From Eledone cirrhosa (lineage: Eukaryota): a DNA stretch of 64,000 nt. Both the position numbers and the translations under genes were made by a program. Shown here in pieces: positions 13,616-27,376 of the stretch; within the stretch, counting starts at the first letter, position 1; each line of letters begins with the position of its first letter. The notes beneath the pieces were generated by a model. That model was not told the DNA's origin. It saw only the letters and a list, made by a program, of their open reading frames with translations, and searched no databases. The stretch spans positions 59,706,001 through 59,770,000 of the forward strand of contig OZ024748.1 in the NCBI GenBank assembly GCA_964016885.1, read 5' to 3'.

Positions 13616-13651
13616 TCTTCTGATGAAGGACTAGTGTCCGAAACGTTAAGA
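13616..13651 (+). ncRNA. Minimal hammerhead ribozyme motif (family B)
   Basis: TCTT CTGATGA A GGAC-TAGT-GTCC GAAA CG TT AAGA, with palindromic ACGT as helix III. Confidence 0.7.
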
Positions 13652-13718
13652 CTCTTTTCCTGTTATTTCAAGCGTTAAATTAATATATTTCTTCATTGTA
13701 CTGTGTCGTTTGCTTTGT

Positions 13719-13780
<62 letters not shown>

Positions 13781-14046
13781 TTGTATATATGTGTGTGTGT
13801 GGGTGTGTATGTATATATGTGTGTATGTTTATATATATATATGTTGTGGGTGTGTATGTATATATGTGTGTATGTTTATATATATATATGTTGTGGGTGT
13901 GTATGTATATATGTGTGTATGTTTATATATATATATATATGTTGTGGGTGTATATGTATGTATATATATATATATATATATATATCTTGTGGGTGTATAT
14001 GTATGTATGTATGTATGTATATATATATATGTTGTGGGTGTATATG

Positions 14047-14077
<31 letters not shown>

Positions 14078-14600
14078 GTTGTGGGTGTATATGTATGTAT
14101 ATATATATATGTTGTGGATATGTATGTATGTATATATATATGTTGTGGATGTATATGTATGTATATATATGTGGTGGGTGTATATGTATATATATGTATG
14201 TATATATATATAAATGTTATGGGTGTGTATGTATGTATGTATGTATGTATATATATATATATATTTATATATTTATATATATGTGGGTGTATATCTGTTG
14301 TGCGTGTGTATGTATGTATATATATATATGTATTTGTATGTATATATGTATATCGCCCTCTGTGTCAGTACACATATGCACACACACACATATATAGTTC
14401 CTGAAACAACTCTATAGAAATCATCTTTTAACCATCTTTATGTAAGTTCATGCAATTACTTTCCGATCTTTTTATGTCATTGCTCTCCCCATTGGTAAAT
14501 ATCCTAACATAAATCACACACACACACAACACACACATATGCATTTTGTCTTGGCAACTGTCAAACTATATATATATATATATATAAAAGAAAATTTCGC

Positions 14601-15370
14601 TCTGGGTATCACCCTTCATCAGTCCAGCTCACTGTTCACCTGCCAACTGTCAGAGCTAGTGAAAATATATGCTATTTTCAAAAATACACAGTGACTGATC
14701 GGCCTGATTTGCATATTAGCAGATCCACTGATCGGCCTGATTTGCATATTAGCAGATCCACTGATCGGCCTGATTTGCATATTAGCAGATCCATTGATCG
14801 GCCTGATTTGCATATTAGCAGACTGGCTGATCAGTCAGATCTGCATATCGGCCTGATTTGCATATTAGCAGATCCACTGATCGGCCTGATTTGCATATTA
14901 GCAGACTGGCTGATCAGTCAGATCTGCATATTAGCTGATCCACTGATCGGCCTGATTTGCATATTAGCAGATCCACTGATCGGCCTGATTTGCATATTAG
15001 CAGATCCACTGATCGGCCAGATTTGCATATTAGCAGACTGGCTGATCGGCCAGATTTGCATATTAGCAGACTGGCTGATCAGTCAGATTTGCATATCAGC
15101 AGACTGGCCAGTCAGTTTCCTGTATACGAACGATAAATTGCCGGCTTTGCCAAATTCAAATAAAAAAAGTTTGGCAGGTGAACAGTGAGCTGTACTGATG
15201 AAGGGTGATACCCAGAAACATTAGTGTCTGCAGTTCTGTTTGCATGCCAACATAAGAGCAAGAATGAAGTGTTCATTCTACTGACATGGCTATATAATTG
15301 AGGCTTGTTTGCATAATTGCAAACGAATCGAATGTTATTGTTAATATTCGAAAAAGTCAGATTACATTTA

Positions 15371-15375
<5 letters not shown>
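14601..15375 (+). mobile_element. Inverted-repeat element enclosing a 33-bp minisatellite; probably Penelope-like and non-autonomous
   Basis: ~46-bp inverted arms at 14601-14646 and 15171-15216. The right arm carries CTGATGA A GGGT-GAT-ACCC A GAAAC. (TA)n flanks. Confidence 0.55.
14694..15110. repeat. 33-bp tandem repeat with octamer ATTTGCAT in most units
   Basis: Unit CTGATCGGCCTGATTTGCATATTAGCAGATCCA, about 12-13 units with variants. Confidence 0.92.
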
Positions 15376-15401
<26 letters not shown>

Positions 15402-15422
15402 TTTTGTCTTGGCCACTGTTAA

Positions 15423-15475
<53 letters not shown>

Positions 15476-15747
15476 TTTGTCTTGGCAACTGTTAAACTAT
15501 ATATATAGTCTGATGCTTTATGAATGTTTGTTTCGGTTTTTGTTTCCTTTTACCAATCCATCACCTGTTGTTAACAAAAGTTTTAAATGAATTATTTCCC
15601 CTGTTCTTGACAGGAACGACAAATATAATATAATCTTGTATAAGAAAGTGTACAACTCTGTTAAAGGACAGCCGTTACCGACTTATTCCTTTGAACCCAC
15701 CACAACCCTCCACAAGAATATTGAGGAATAGTATTAGTAATAATAAT

Positions 15748-16200
15748 AATTGTTTCTACTTTTGGCACAATGCCAGCAATTATCCCAGTGTATTACTGGT
15801 ACTTTATTTTATCGACCCCGTAAGGATGAAAGGCAAAGAATAATAATAATTGTTTCTACTATAGAGACAAGGCTAGCAATTTGAAGGGAGGGGAAAGTCG
15901 ATTAAATCCAGCCCAATGCATTACTGGTGCTTTATTTTATTGACCACAATAATGGTGTTGTTGATGATAATTGTTTCTACTTTTTTGGCACAAGGCCAGC
16001 AATTATCCCAGTGTATTACTGGTACTTTATTTTATCGACCCCGTAAGGATGAAAGGCAAAGTTAACCTCGGCGGGATTTGAACTCCCCCCGAGGTTACAA
16101 TAATAATGGTTTCTTATATAGGCACAAGGCCATCAATTTGAAGAGGGGGGAAACTTGATTACATCGACCCCAGTGCATTACTGGTAGTTTACTTTATTGA
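15748..16200 (-). mobile_element. Cluster of about 4 truncated SINE copies separated by (AAT)n tails
   Basis: Repeated TTGTTTCTACTTTTGGCACAA..ACTGGTACTTTATTTTATCGACC blocks. Confidence 0.8.
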
Positions 16201-17635
16201 CACCAATAATGAAGTTGTTGATGATGATGATAACGACGACATAAAGGTGGAGGATAACGATGATTATGATGAACATGATGATGATGATGATGATGAGGGT
16301 TACGATAGTGATGATGTTTATGATGATGCTTATGATGATGTTTATGATGATGTTTATGATGATGATATTTACGATGATGTTTATGATGATATTTACGATG
16401 ATGATGTTTATGATGATGTTTATGATGATGATGCTTATGATGATGTTTAGGATGATGATGTTTAGGATGATGATGATTGTGGTGGTGATGGTAGTGGTGG
16501 TGGTGATATTGATGATGATGTTTATGATGATGATGATGATGATTGTAATGATGATGATGTTTATGATGATGATGATGTTTATGATGATGATGATGTTGAT
16601 GATGGTGATGATGATGATGATGATAGCAATAACATAACCTTAAAAACCTGTCGTCTGCACTTTTTCCAATCTGGATAAAACAACGAAGTCGAAGAAACGC
16701 CCCCTCCCCCACCATGATATAACTGCTGTGTTTTGATGACGATGATGATGATAGTAATGATGACGATGGTGACGATGACGACGATGATAGTAATGATGAC
16801 GATGGTGATGATGACGACGATGATAGTAATGATGACGATGGTGATGATGACGATGACGACGATGGTGATGTTGATAGTAATGATGACGACGATGATGATG
16901 ATTATGATGCCAATAATAATAATGACGATGATGATGATGATGATGATGATGACGACGACGATGGATAAGATATATTTAAGATAAGGGCAACAAAAACATA
17001 GAACAAACTGCTTCAATTAATCTCTTCATCCATCTCGATTTCCTTAAAAACTGTCACACAGTGGATAAATATAAGTTCCACATGGTTTATTTATCAATTT
17101 CAGCACTTTAGCTGTCAAATATGATTCTCATATATTTGTTTTACTCCCGTCCCCCAATGATTTCTGCTCATTGGACATGTATAAATGTGTTAGTGTGAGT
17201 GCTCAGCCACAGCTAAACCATATTGGAACTGTCAGCTTCCAACTGATTCTCTGTTCAGATCAAAGATATAAAACAGGTATGGGGTTGATATTTTTAGTTT
17301 ATTTGTCTTTCACTGGAGAGAAGCAGATACCCGAATCTCCAAAAAGGAACAACAACAAAAAATAAAATAAAATAAAATAAACTAAAATAAAACTGGTATG
17401 GGTTGATAATAACATATTTTTAGTTTATTTGTCTTTCACTGGAGAGAAGCAGCGAATCTCCAAAAAGAAACAACAACATAAAATAAAATAAAATAAAATA
17501 AAACAAAACAAAGCAATGTAATGGGACAAACAGTTAAAAGTTTAATGTTTTGTATTCTATCAGTGCTTGGAAAGTCTGTACACTTACCGTGTTTAATTAT
17601 GTCGCTACTAAGGTATTTGGGGTGGGGCTTGATAT

Positions 17636-18138
17636 GTGAGGGTCGGCCAAAATGTAAATAGGCTGACCAAGATGCCCTCGTGGAATGACCAAATGAGGTT
17701 TATTTTTCAACATAGTCTCTGGAAAGAAACAATACCATTATTAAGAAGAGTTGAAAATGAATGCGTGCAAGATTTCACAGCTCTAGCGTCACTCTTTAGT
17801 TTAACCAAGGTACTTTTATGGAATGACCAAGATACTCTGATGGAATGACAAAAAGATGTTTATTTTTCAACATAGTCTTTGAAAAGAAACAATGCAGTTA
17901 TTTATAAGAAGAGTTGAAAACTAATGTATGTAAGATTTCACAGCTCTAGCCTCACTCCTTCATAGGCTGACAAAGACACTCTCAGAGAATGACCAAATGA
18001 GGTTTATTTTCCAACATAGTCCCTGGAAATAAACAATGCCATTATTAAGAATAATAATTTAAATCAATGAATGCAAGATTTCACAGCTCTAGCACCACTC
18101 CTTCATAGTCAGCCTATGACCTTATCAGCCTACCCTCA
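17636..18138. mobile_element. Same mariner-like MITE family, with its ~145-bp interior tandemly triplicated
   Basis: Degenerate TIRs TGAGGGTCGGCC..TAGGCTGAC and GTCAGCCTATG..ACCCTCA. Three copies of GAATGACCAAATGAGGTTTATTTTTCAACATAGTC..GATTTCACAGCTCTAGC. Confidence 0.65.
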
Positions 18139-18415
18139 TAGTTGACAGTACAGTAAAAAATGATGAGTGTTCTAATGACTTGTGGTACAAAGATCAACCA
18201 CAGATCTGTTCTGTGGGAAACACTCGCAGGATGAGGAATACATATCCCTTTTCCTGCGGCCCCAGACGAAAGAGATTCAATAACAGACCTCTGTGTAGGT
18301 CTGTTGTTCGTTGCATTGCCTAGATGTATGTATGTATGCATGTGTTGTATGTATGTGTTGTATGTATGTATGTGTTGTACATATGTATGTACATGGGTGC
18401 ATGTGTATGTCTATA

Positions 18416-18767
18416 CGGGGGGTCATAGAAATAGTCGGGCTGGACACCCGATCGCGCGGTTAAACCACTGGGAGTGAAGGACCCCTAGCCTTTGTCAGGG
18501 CATTCTTCTAGGAGAAGATAACTCAGGAAACTGGGATAACTCCGACATAAAACCTGCGGCTCAGTAGTTACCGATGATGTTGATCTTTTCTTCTTTTCGG
18601 GTTATAGCTACTGTCTCTCAGAGAGTGGGATTGGCTCAGTGCACAGTCTTTCCTCACTTTAAAAGATATCTTCACGCACAGGCATTGCACGATAGAATTA
18701 ATTAATAATTATTATTAATGTTATATCGTGCAATGGCCATACCAGATGACGAGGGGGCAACCATCAT
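18416..18767 (+). mobile_element. Non-autonomous bipartite RTE derivative (5'UTR fused to 3' tail)
   Basis: 18537-18692 is nearly identical to LINE 34181-34336, and 18728-18767 matches LINE 38227-38266. It has no ORF and is flanked by TATG-type repeats. Confidence 0.88.
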
Positions 18768-19156
18768 GTATGTGTTGTATGTATATATGTGCTGTATGTA
18801 TGTACGAATCCGTAACTCCTGTTGGAGTCGTAGGGACATCGTAATTTCATACGGAATTTCTTGGTGGGGCCCATCTCTCAAGGTCATTACCTAGATACAG
18901 GACATCAATACCAGAGGCTCGAGATATAACATCTTGATAGTAGATCTTGTGACTTTTTTGGTCCATCTCACAGATGTTGATTCTCAAAGCACCAACACTG
19001 TAAAAATTAACATCTTGGTATTTGCGATCAAGATTTGTACATATCAGAAAATAAGACACCAACTCGATTCCCCGTCAATAAAGATTAATGAGAAGTTCAT
19101 CCTTACATTTAAATAAAAAAAGAAAAGGAAGGAATAATTTCCTAAAAATATTTATA

Positions 19157-19338
19157 ACTGTTTCTACTTTTGGCACAAGGCCAGCAATTATTCCAGTGTA
19201 TTACTGGTACTTTATTTTATCGACCCCGTAAGGATGAAAGGCAAAGTTAACCTCGGCGGGATTTGAACTAAGACAATAAAGGGCCGTAACTCTATGCTGC
19301 AAAGCATGGCGTCGACCCTCTACTGATACTGCCAATCC
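19157..19338 (-). mobile_element. tRNA-derived SINE (dominant family); older copy at ~20600-20740
   Basis: Full-length family match. Confidence 0.88.
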
Positions 19339-19557
19339 AAGGGGTCGTGTTAATATTGTTTAACACTCAACACCTTCAACCCCCTAAGCTGTATGTAGCT
19401 CAAGTTGAGCTCTTTTCACAGAAGCTTGGCTAATGTTACATTGAGCCTGAATCATCACTTTTAATAAAAATGTTCAAAAACCCAAATCTTTAGAATTCTA
19501 TTATTATTCCAGTCCTGCTACTGCCCCCCCCCACACACACACATTACACACACTAAA

Positions 19558-19620
<63 letters not shown>

Positions 19621-20800
19621 TACACACACTAAACAAACACACACACACACATTACACAAACACACACACGCACGCACATAAACACACAGTTAGCACTTAA
19701 AGACACACCGCACGTAAACACACACACATACCTTGCACACACACACATACCTTGCACACACACACATACCTTGCACACACACACATACACACACACTATC
19801 TGTTTTTCCATCCAAACCAAAATAATTCCGAAACAATAATTATCAAAATTCGTTTCATTTACACTGAAGACTTTCTGAAGATGTTTTTAAGCACATTTCT
19901 CCTCTGGTAACAAAAAAAATCTTTCAATAATTTAATAGAAAACATCTCTGTTTTAATGTTTTTAAGTTTTAATCAGCGTATTATGTTTGTGAGATAAACC
20001 AGGCGCTCTACTTTTGTTCTCCCATGTTTGAAACAACACTCGAGTTTCAACAATTTCAGATCAAATGGGTGTTGTATGGCTTCAAACTAATTATATGAAT
20101 GTTAAAGGATGCTTAAAAATCAACGCTATTCTTAGTCAGCCACAAGCATATCATATCATCACTGCTATTCATATCAACCTCAGATTTAAGTTAACGTAAG
20201 AACAACTATTGAATTCCAGTTTAGTATCAAATATTTTCATTTGTCTAACACGAGTTAAAAAAAATGATGTAAAATTATGCATGCACGTATGTATAAACCT
20301 GTAAATCCTGGTGGAGTTGTAGTGGCGGAGCTGTGCAGCCATACGGCGTGTCTTGAGCATATTTAGAAACTTGGTGAAGTCCATTATCCGTCTCCAGGTC
20401 AGAACACAGACGATTTCTTCAAGGGAAGGAAAGGTAGAATAAAAGAAAGGAGTGAGAAAGAGATATAAAGGAAGAATTGACCCCGGTACTTGACTGGTAC
20501 TTTATATGACTGTGTGTGTAAGGTAAACAGAAATAACAAGGCAACAGACACAGTACAATGAAGAAATATTCCGAGAGCGGAGCGAGAGTGAGAGAGAGTC
20601 GACCCCAGTACCCGACTCGTACATATATTATTGACCTCGAATGGATGAAAGCCAAAGTTGACCTTCGTGGGATTTGAACTCAGAGAAAGCAGAGAGGCAG
20701 AACCAATACCGCAAAACATTTTATCTGACGTTCAAACGATAGATATTTGCTCCTCGAGTTTATATATATATATATATATACATAAATATGTATATATATA

Positions 20801-21125
20801 TGATGATGGCTGCTCCCTCGTTATCGAGTATGGCCATTGCACGGTATACCATTATTAATAATTATTAATTAATTCTATCGTGCAATGCCTGTGCGTGAAG
20901 ACATTTTTTAAAGTGAGGAAAGACTGCACTGAGCCAATCCCACTCTCTGAGCGACAGGTAACTTCATCGCTAACTACTGAGCCGCAGGTTTTAAATCGGA
21001 GTTATCCCAGTTTCCTGAGTTCCCTTCTCCTAGAAGAATGCCGTGACAAAGGCTAGAGGTCCTTCACTCCAAATGGTTTAACCGCGCGATCGGGTGTCCA
21101 GCCCGACTATTTCTATGTCCCCGCG
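20801..21125 (-). mobile_element. Second non-autonomous bipartite RTE derivative
   Basis: Reverse complement of the 18416-18767 element with a small internal deletion. Same junction; flanked by (TA)n. Confidence 0.88.
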
Positions 21126-21222
21126 CATATACATACACTTACACCCATGTATATACACATACATATACATATATACAATCCTTATCGAGCCCTCTTCGGA
21201 TTTTGACGTATGTATTTATTAT

Positions 21223-21271
<49 letters not shown>

Positions 21272-22039
21272 CATTTAAGAACATCTCTCTCCCTCCACCC
21301 TCTCTCTTTCTCCCCCTCTCTCTTTCTCCCCCTCTCTCTCTTTCTCCCCCCTCTCTCCCTCTCTCTCTTTCTCCCCCTCTCTCCCTCTCTCTCTATATAT
21401 ATGTGCATTTAAAGTCATACTCTACTGAATCGACGATCATATTTTGGATCTTATCTTAGAACTATCGCTCCCTCTAAAACAAGCAACCATTGAAAACCTT
21501 CCATGCAACAGACCTCGTCTCTGCTTCCCAGTTTCTCTCTTTCTTACATTGATAGATTATATAAATATCTTCTAAATTAAGAATCTTCTCTCTTGTAAAA
21601 TGACATTCATTGAAAAATACTCGTCGAAATCATGTTATTTCTATATTAAGTTCTGCATGAAATTTAAAGTAGAAAGAGGACAGCCGACACGACACCTGAA
21701 GACGTTGAAATTGTCAAGAAAATGGAGGGTGAGAACAATATCCTGGATTTCAATTGTAGTTACTGACAGATAAACGATAAGCACGCAAAAATAAAGAGAA
21801 TGTTTGAAAGATAAATTTTAAATATAGTTCAAGCATTAATGATATTCTTTCGAAATAGATACATGTATTAATCCATTAAGGCAGGAACAAAAGGGAATCA
21901 TGTTACAATGGATCTATGTCAACATAGACATGTATATCGGATGTGCTGTGCTATGCTGTGCTGAAGGTTCATTGCTTTCTCTAGCGAAAATTTACTTCAT
22001 AGCTTTAAACAGAGTGTCACTCCAAGTAGAGTAGCTACT

Positions 22040-22625
22040 TCTCTAAATTGAGAGATCACAGCTCCGATACTATGGACATGTGGTCAGAATGTCTCAAAAA
22101 AGAATATTTGGATTGAAAAATCACAGCTCTGACACTATGAACATGTGATTAGAATGTCTGAGGAAATAATCTCTGAATTGATAGATCACAGCTCTGATAC
22201 CATGGACATGTGGTTTGAATATCTCAGGAAAGAATCTCTGAATTGAGAGATCACAGCTCTGATACTATGGACATGTGGTTAGAATGTCTGAGGAAAGAAT
22301 CTCTGAATTGAGAGATCACAGCTCCGATACTATGAACATGTAGTTAGAATGTCTCAAGAAAGAATCTCTGAATTGAGAGATCACAACTCTTATACTATGG
22401 ACATGTGGTCAGAATGTCTCAAGGAAGAATCTCTAAATTGAGAGATCACAGCTCCGATAATATGGACATGTGGTCAGAATGTCTCAAAAAAGAATATCTG
22501 GATTGAGAAATCACAGCTCTGACACTATGGACATGTGGTCAGAATGTCTGAGGAAAGAATATCTGAATTGAGAGATCACAGCTCCGACACTATGGACATG
22601 TGGTTTGAATGTCTCAAGAAAGAAT
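22040..22625. repeat. 65-bp tandem repeat, about 9 copies
   Basis: TCACAGCTC recurs at 22056, 22121, 22186 and onward (period 65). Confidence 0.92.
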
Positions 22626-22849
22626 TGTTGGACAGATTTTACGGGCAAAACCAACCGGCAAGAGACCCAGGGGTAGACCCCTATCAAGATGGTTGGATAA
22701 CATCCACGAGCTTGGCTTCTTTCGCTTGTCAAAACCCACTGGAAGGTGTTTTTGAGGACTCTGCTGCCACGACCCTCTCAGGGATAAGTAGGAAGAAGCT
22801 TTAAATCGTGTCCCACTACAATTGACATCGTATTTTAGAAATACATTAA

Positions 22850-23275
22850 TGATTTCTAATTTTGGAACAAGGCCAACAATTTGTGTAGGGAGGAAAATGT
22901 CAATTACATCACCCCTAGTATATGACTGTTGCTTTATTTTATCGATCCTGAAAGAATGAAAGGCAAAGTTGACATCGCCTGGATTTGAACTCAGAATGTA
23001 AAGGACCATAACTAAGTGCATCGAAGTATTTTGTCAAACGCTCTTATGAAATTGGAAATAAATTAATGGTTTCTGATTTAAGCAAAAGTCCAACTACTTT
23101 GGCGGAGGGGAAATTCGATTAAATCGACACCAGTGTGTGACTGGTACTTTATTTTATCGTCTCTGAAAGGATGAAAGGCAAAGTTGACCACGCCAGAATT
23201 TGAACTCAGAACGTAAAGGGACGAAACTAAATGTCATGAAGTATTTTGTCCAATGCTGTAATGAAATTGGAAATA
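22850..23275 (-). mobile_element. Two tandem, older SINE copies (longer subfamily)
   Basis: Two repeats of ..GAAAGGCAAAGTTGAC..TTTGAACTCAGAA..GAAGTATTTTGTC. Confidence 0.75.
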
Positions 23276-24356
23276 ATTTGTTAAAAATGTTATGTCCTAA
23301 AAAGTGGCGGAATCTGCTACTTTAGAAACAAAATTATCTGAAACATTTGGTGAAACAGCAATAAAGCCAATAGACCTTGGTTAAATAAAGCCAATAGACC
23401 TAGGTTAAACCCAGGACAGAAAAACAATCTAATATTAAAGGAAAGCAAGAGACTACTGTAGTCTTTTTTTTAAAATATCAACTAGCAGAAAAACACCCTC
23501 CTGGTGGTTTTTCTGCTAGCATGTGTACTGTGCATATTGATATTATACGCAAGTATATATGAATGTAAATATGATACATCAAATAAAATCGTAATTGACA
23601 ATATACACAGAAATTGAACGAAGACTGCGTTACACTCTCTTATGTAATAAGTAACGTAATCCATGATACATTAAAAAAAGAGGATTTTGTATATAAACTA
23701 CATTAAGAGAAAATTAGTGACAGAAATATATGAATATTTATTTAAGCGATCGCTAACCAGAAGTGTTGACATTTGAGAATTTTAAAGCAGTAAATCTTTA
23801 AATAAATAATAAAATATATTTAATACACAGGTACGAAATTTAGTAGATAAATTATGTAATATTCATTCATTATTTATTCAAAGTAATCTGAATTATTTTA
23901 CTAATAGGATAAAAAATTATAAACCGTACGCAGTCCCGCGCATCTTACTTCATTATAGTTTAGATTGTGTGAACTGTCGGTAAGGCGACATGACACTTAT
24001 ATTATACTAGAGAATCTTAGGGCGGAGAAATGTCCAAGTCGTTAGAGAGTCGGACAAATGGTTCAGGTGTTTGTGAACGGCTCAGTCACCTGTACTTTAA
24101 TTTCACGAACAATCTGGAGCACTGATCGTAGAAACCAACGGAGACTAATGGATACCACCGCCATTGTTTTTATCGTCTTGTTAAATGAATGTGACGATAA
24201 AGCTTGTAGCAGACGTTATTGTCTCTCTGAAGAATAGATTTAAATTTCTTTTTAGGAATGTAATCAACAGAATGATGGTGTCGTCATTAAATAACTTCTA
24301 AAATGGTTTTATCCAACATAATCGATATTTTTACTTAATCAATAGGTAGCTGTGTG

Positions 24357-24390
<34 letters not shown>

Positions 24391-24462
24391 ATATACGTGT
24401 ATATGTGTGTGTATATATATATACGTGTATATGTGTGTATATATATATATATGTGTATATGG

Positions 24463-24525
<63 letters not shown>

Positions 24526-24526
24526 C

Positions 24527-24579
<53 letters not shown>

Positions 24580-24583
24580 CGTG

Positions 24584-24618
<35 letters not shown>

Positions 24619-24904
24619 GTGTGTATATGTGTGTATATATATATACACGTGTGTATATGTGTGTATATATGTATGTGTGTATATATATATATACACGTGT
24701 GTATATATGTATGTGTGTATATATATATACACGTGTGTATATATGTATGTGTATATATATATACACGTGTGTATATATGTATGTGTATATATATATACAC
24801 GTGTGTATATATGTGTGTGTATATATATATACACGTGTGTATATATGTGTGTGTATATATATATATACACGTGTGTATATGTGTGTATATATATATATAC
24901 ACAC

Positions 24905-24941
<37 letters not shown>

Positions 24942-24954
24942 CACACGTGTGTAC

Positions 24955-24990
<36 letters not shown>

Positions 24991-24998
24991 GTGTGTAC

Positions 24999-25038
<40 letters not shown>

Positions 25039-25102
25039 GTGTGTATGTGTGTATATATATATATATACACGTGTGTATGTGTGTATATATATATATATAC
25101 AC

Positions 25103-25133
<31 letters not shown>

Positions 25134-25356
25134 CACGTGTATATGTGTGTATATATATATATATACACGTGTATATGTGTGTATATATTTATATATACAC
25201 ACACGTGTGTATATGTGTGTGTATATATATACACACGCGTGTGTATATGTGTGTGTGTATATATATATATACACACACGCGTGTATATGTGTATATATAT
25301 ATATACACATATGTATGGGTGTATATATATATATGTATGTGTATATATATGTATAA

Positions 25357-25412
<56 letters not shown>

Positions 25413-25630
25413 TAACCATATCATCTCCTACAGACGTTCCTGAAATATCGTACATTTAAATGTAGAAATCAGTTTTCACAGCTCTTTGTGTGTGTGTGTG
25501 TGCGGACGTATCTATGTGCATGTCTGTGTATGTGAGCTTGTGTGTGCATATATGTGTGTGTATGTGCGCGCCGACGTGTGTGTCTGTGTATGTGTGTCTG
25601 TGTGTGTATGAGAGGGTGTATAGAGACATA

Positions 25631-25668
<38 letters not shown>

Positions 25669-26854
25669 AGAGTGTATGCAGACGTATCTATGTGTGTGTA
25701 TATGTGAGAGTATGTAGACGTATCTATGCGTGTGTGTATATGTGAGTGTATGTAGATGTATCTGTGTGTGTGTATGTGAGTCTCTGTGCGTGTGAATGTG
25801 TATGTGACAGTATGTCTGCGCGTGTGAATGTGTGTGTGTCTGTGCTTGTGAATGTGTGTATGTATGTGAGAGTCTCTGTGCGTGTGAATGTGTATGTGAG
25901 AGTCTGTCTGTGCTTGTGAATGTGTGCGTGTATGTGAGAGTCTCTGTGCGTGTGAATGTGTATGTGACAGTCTGTCTGCGCGTGTGAATGTGTGTGTGTG
26001 AAAGTCTGTCTGTCTGTGCGTGTGAATGTGTGTATGTATGTAACAGTCTCTCTTTCTGTGTGTGTGTGGAAGCATCTGTGTGTTTGGGGACCGCTGCTTT
26101 ATAGCATTAGTTGAGCTATTTTTTTAAATTTTTTTTTTATATTTTGAGTTCAATTCCCGCCGAAGTCAGTTTTGATTTTTATACATTCGAGATCAATGGA
26201 ATACCAGTCACCTACTGGGGTTGATATAATCTACTCACCCAAACTCGTCATGAGAATTGTATGAGAATTATACTAAAATAGATTTATTTGTTCTAATTTC
26301 TTCTCATTTTTTCTTCTTCTTCTTCGTCTTCTTCTTCGTCTTCTTCTTCTTCTTCTTCTTCTTCTTCTTCTTCTTCTTCTTCTTCTTCTTCTTCTTTCGT
26401 TTTTCCGCTTTTTTCTTTTCTTTTTTTCTTTTTTTCTTCTTCCAGCAAGGAAACTTTTTTCTATTTTGTGATTTTCATCATCCGAAAAAAAAAAAAAAAA
26501 ATGCGTAAATAACCAAGCGTAAAATATGTCAAATGATGTGATCGATATCAATAAATCGTGTCAAGGAAGAGAAGTAATTGATTTAATGTCACAAATATGC
26601 TGGATATAAAATTGCTGGCATTGATGCTTCTTGTTGTTGCCGTTTACTTATATATACTTTGCCTGGTTTTAGTCGACCATATATATATATACATGTTGTT
26701 TTTGTTGAATCATCAGTCCGACGAGCAGATTGATACTAAAGTCGGGAGTCGGGTCTTTAAATTCCATGGATGACCTTGAGTCAAACCGCGGCGAAACGCG
26801 CGTTATAGGTTGATACACAATTAAAATCTAAATGCATGTAAACGAAACTTCATC

Positions 26855-26903
<49 letters not shown>

Positions 26904-27376
26904 CACACACACACACATACAGATAAGGATTATTCTAAAAGTGAATGGAAAAACAGTTTAATTGAATCAAAATTCTGAATTAGATTTTAATTAATTGCTA
27001 ATTGTTTGTTGTTTCTGTTATTTCTTCTGGTTTTCTTTGAACTTTTACCGACGTTTCATCTTGGGATTCATCACTTATCTAGTTGTTGTTATTTATAACG
27101 TCTTTCTTCCACATCCAACACACCCACCAAAATAATTCCAAGATGGATCAAAATTGTTTTAGGCGAAATATTCAAGAAGTTTTTTGCGTAAATAGAATTA
27201 TTTAATATTTCTAAAAACAAAACAAAATTAAAAAGTTCTCGGTGTTTTATTATTTTAATTAAATATTTCTTTCGATAAAGAAGCCAAAATAATTTAACAG
27301 AAAAAATTAACAAGAAATTAATTAAAAATATCTTTACAGAATTTATATTTATTGGTTTAATATATTTTTCTGTTCA

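Noticed and set aside
18416-18540. HDV-like ribozyme at the RTE 5' end
   Set aside because: GGGGTC/GACCCC pairing is present, but I could not build the double pseudoknot and the pairing is not kept in the 20801 copy. Left as a test only.
22040-22625. 65-bp period resembling a CRISPR array
   Set aside because: The whole unit is repeated and there are no unique spacers.
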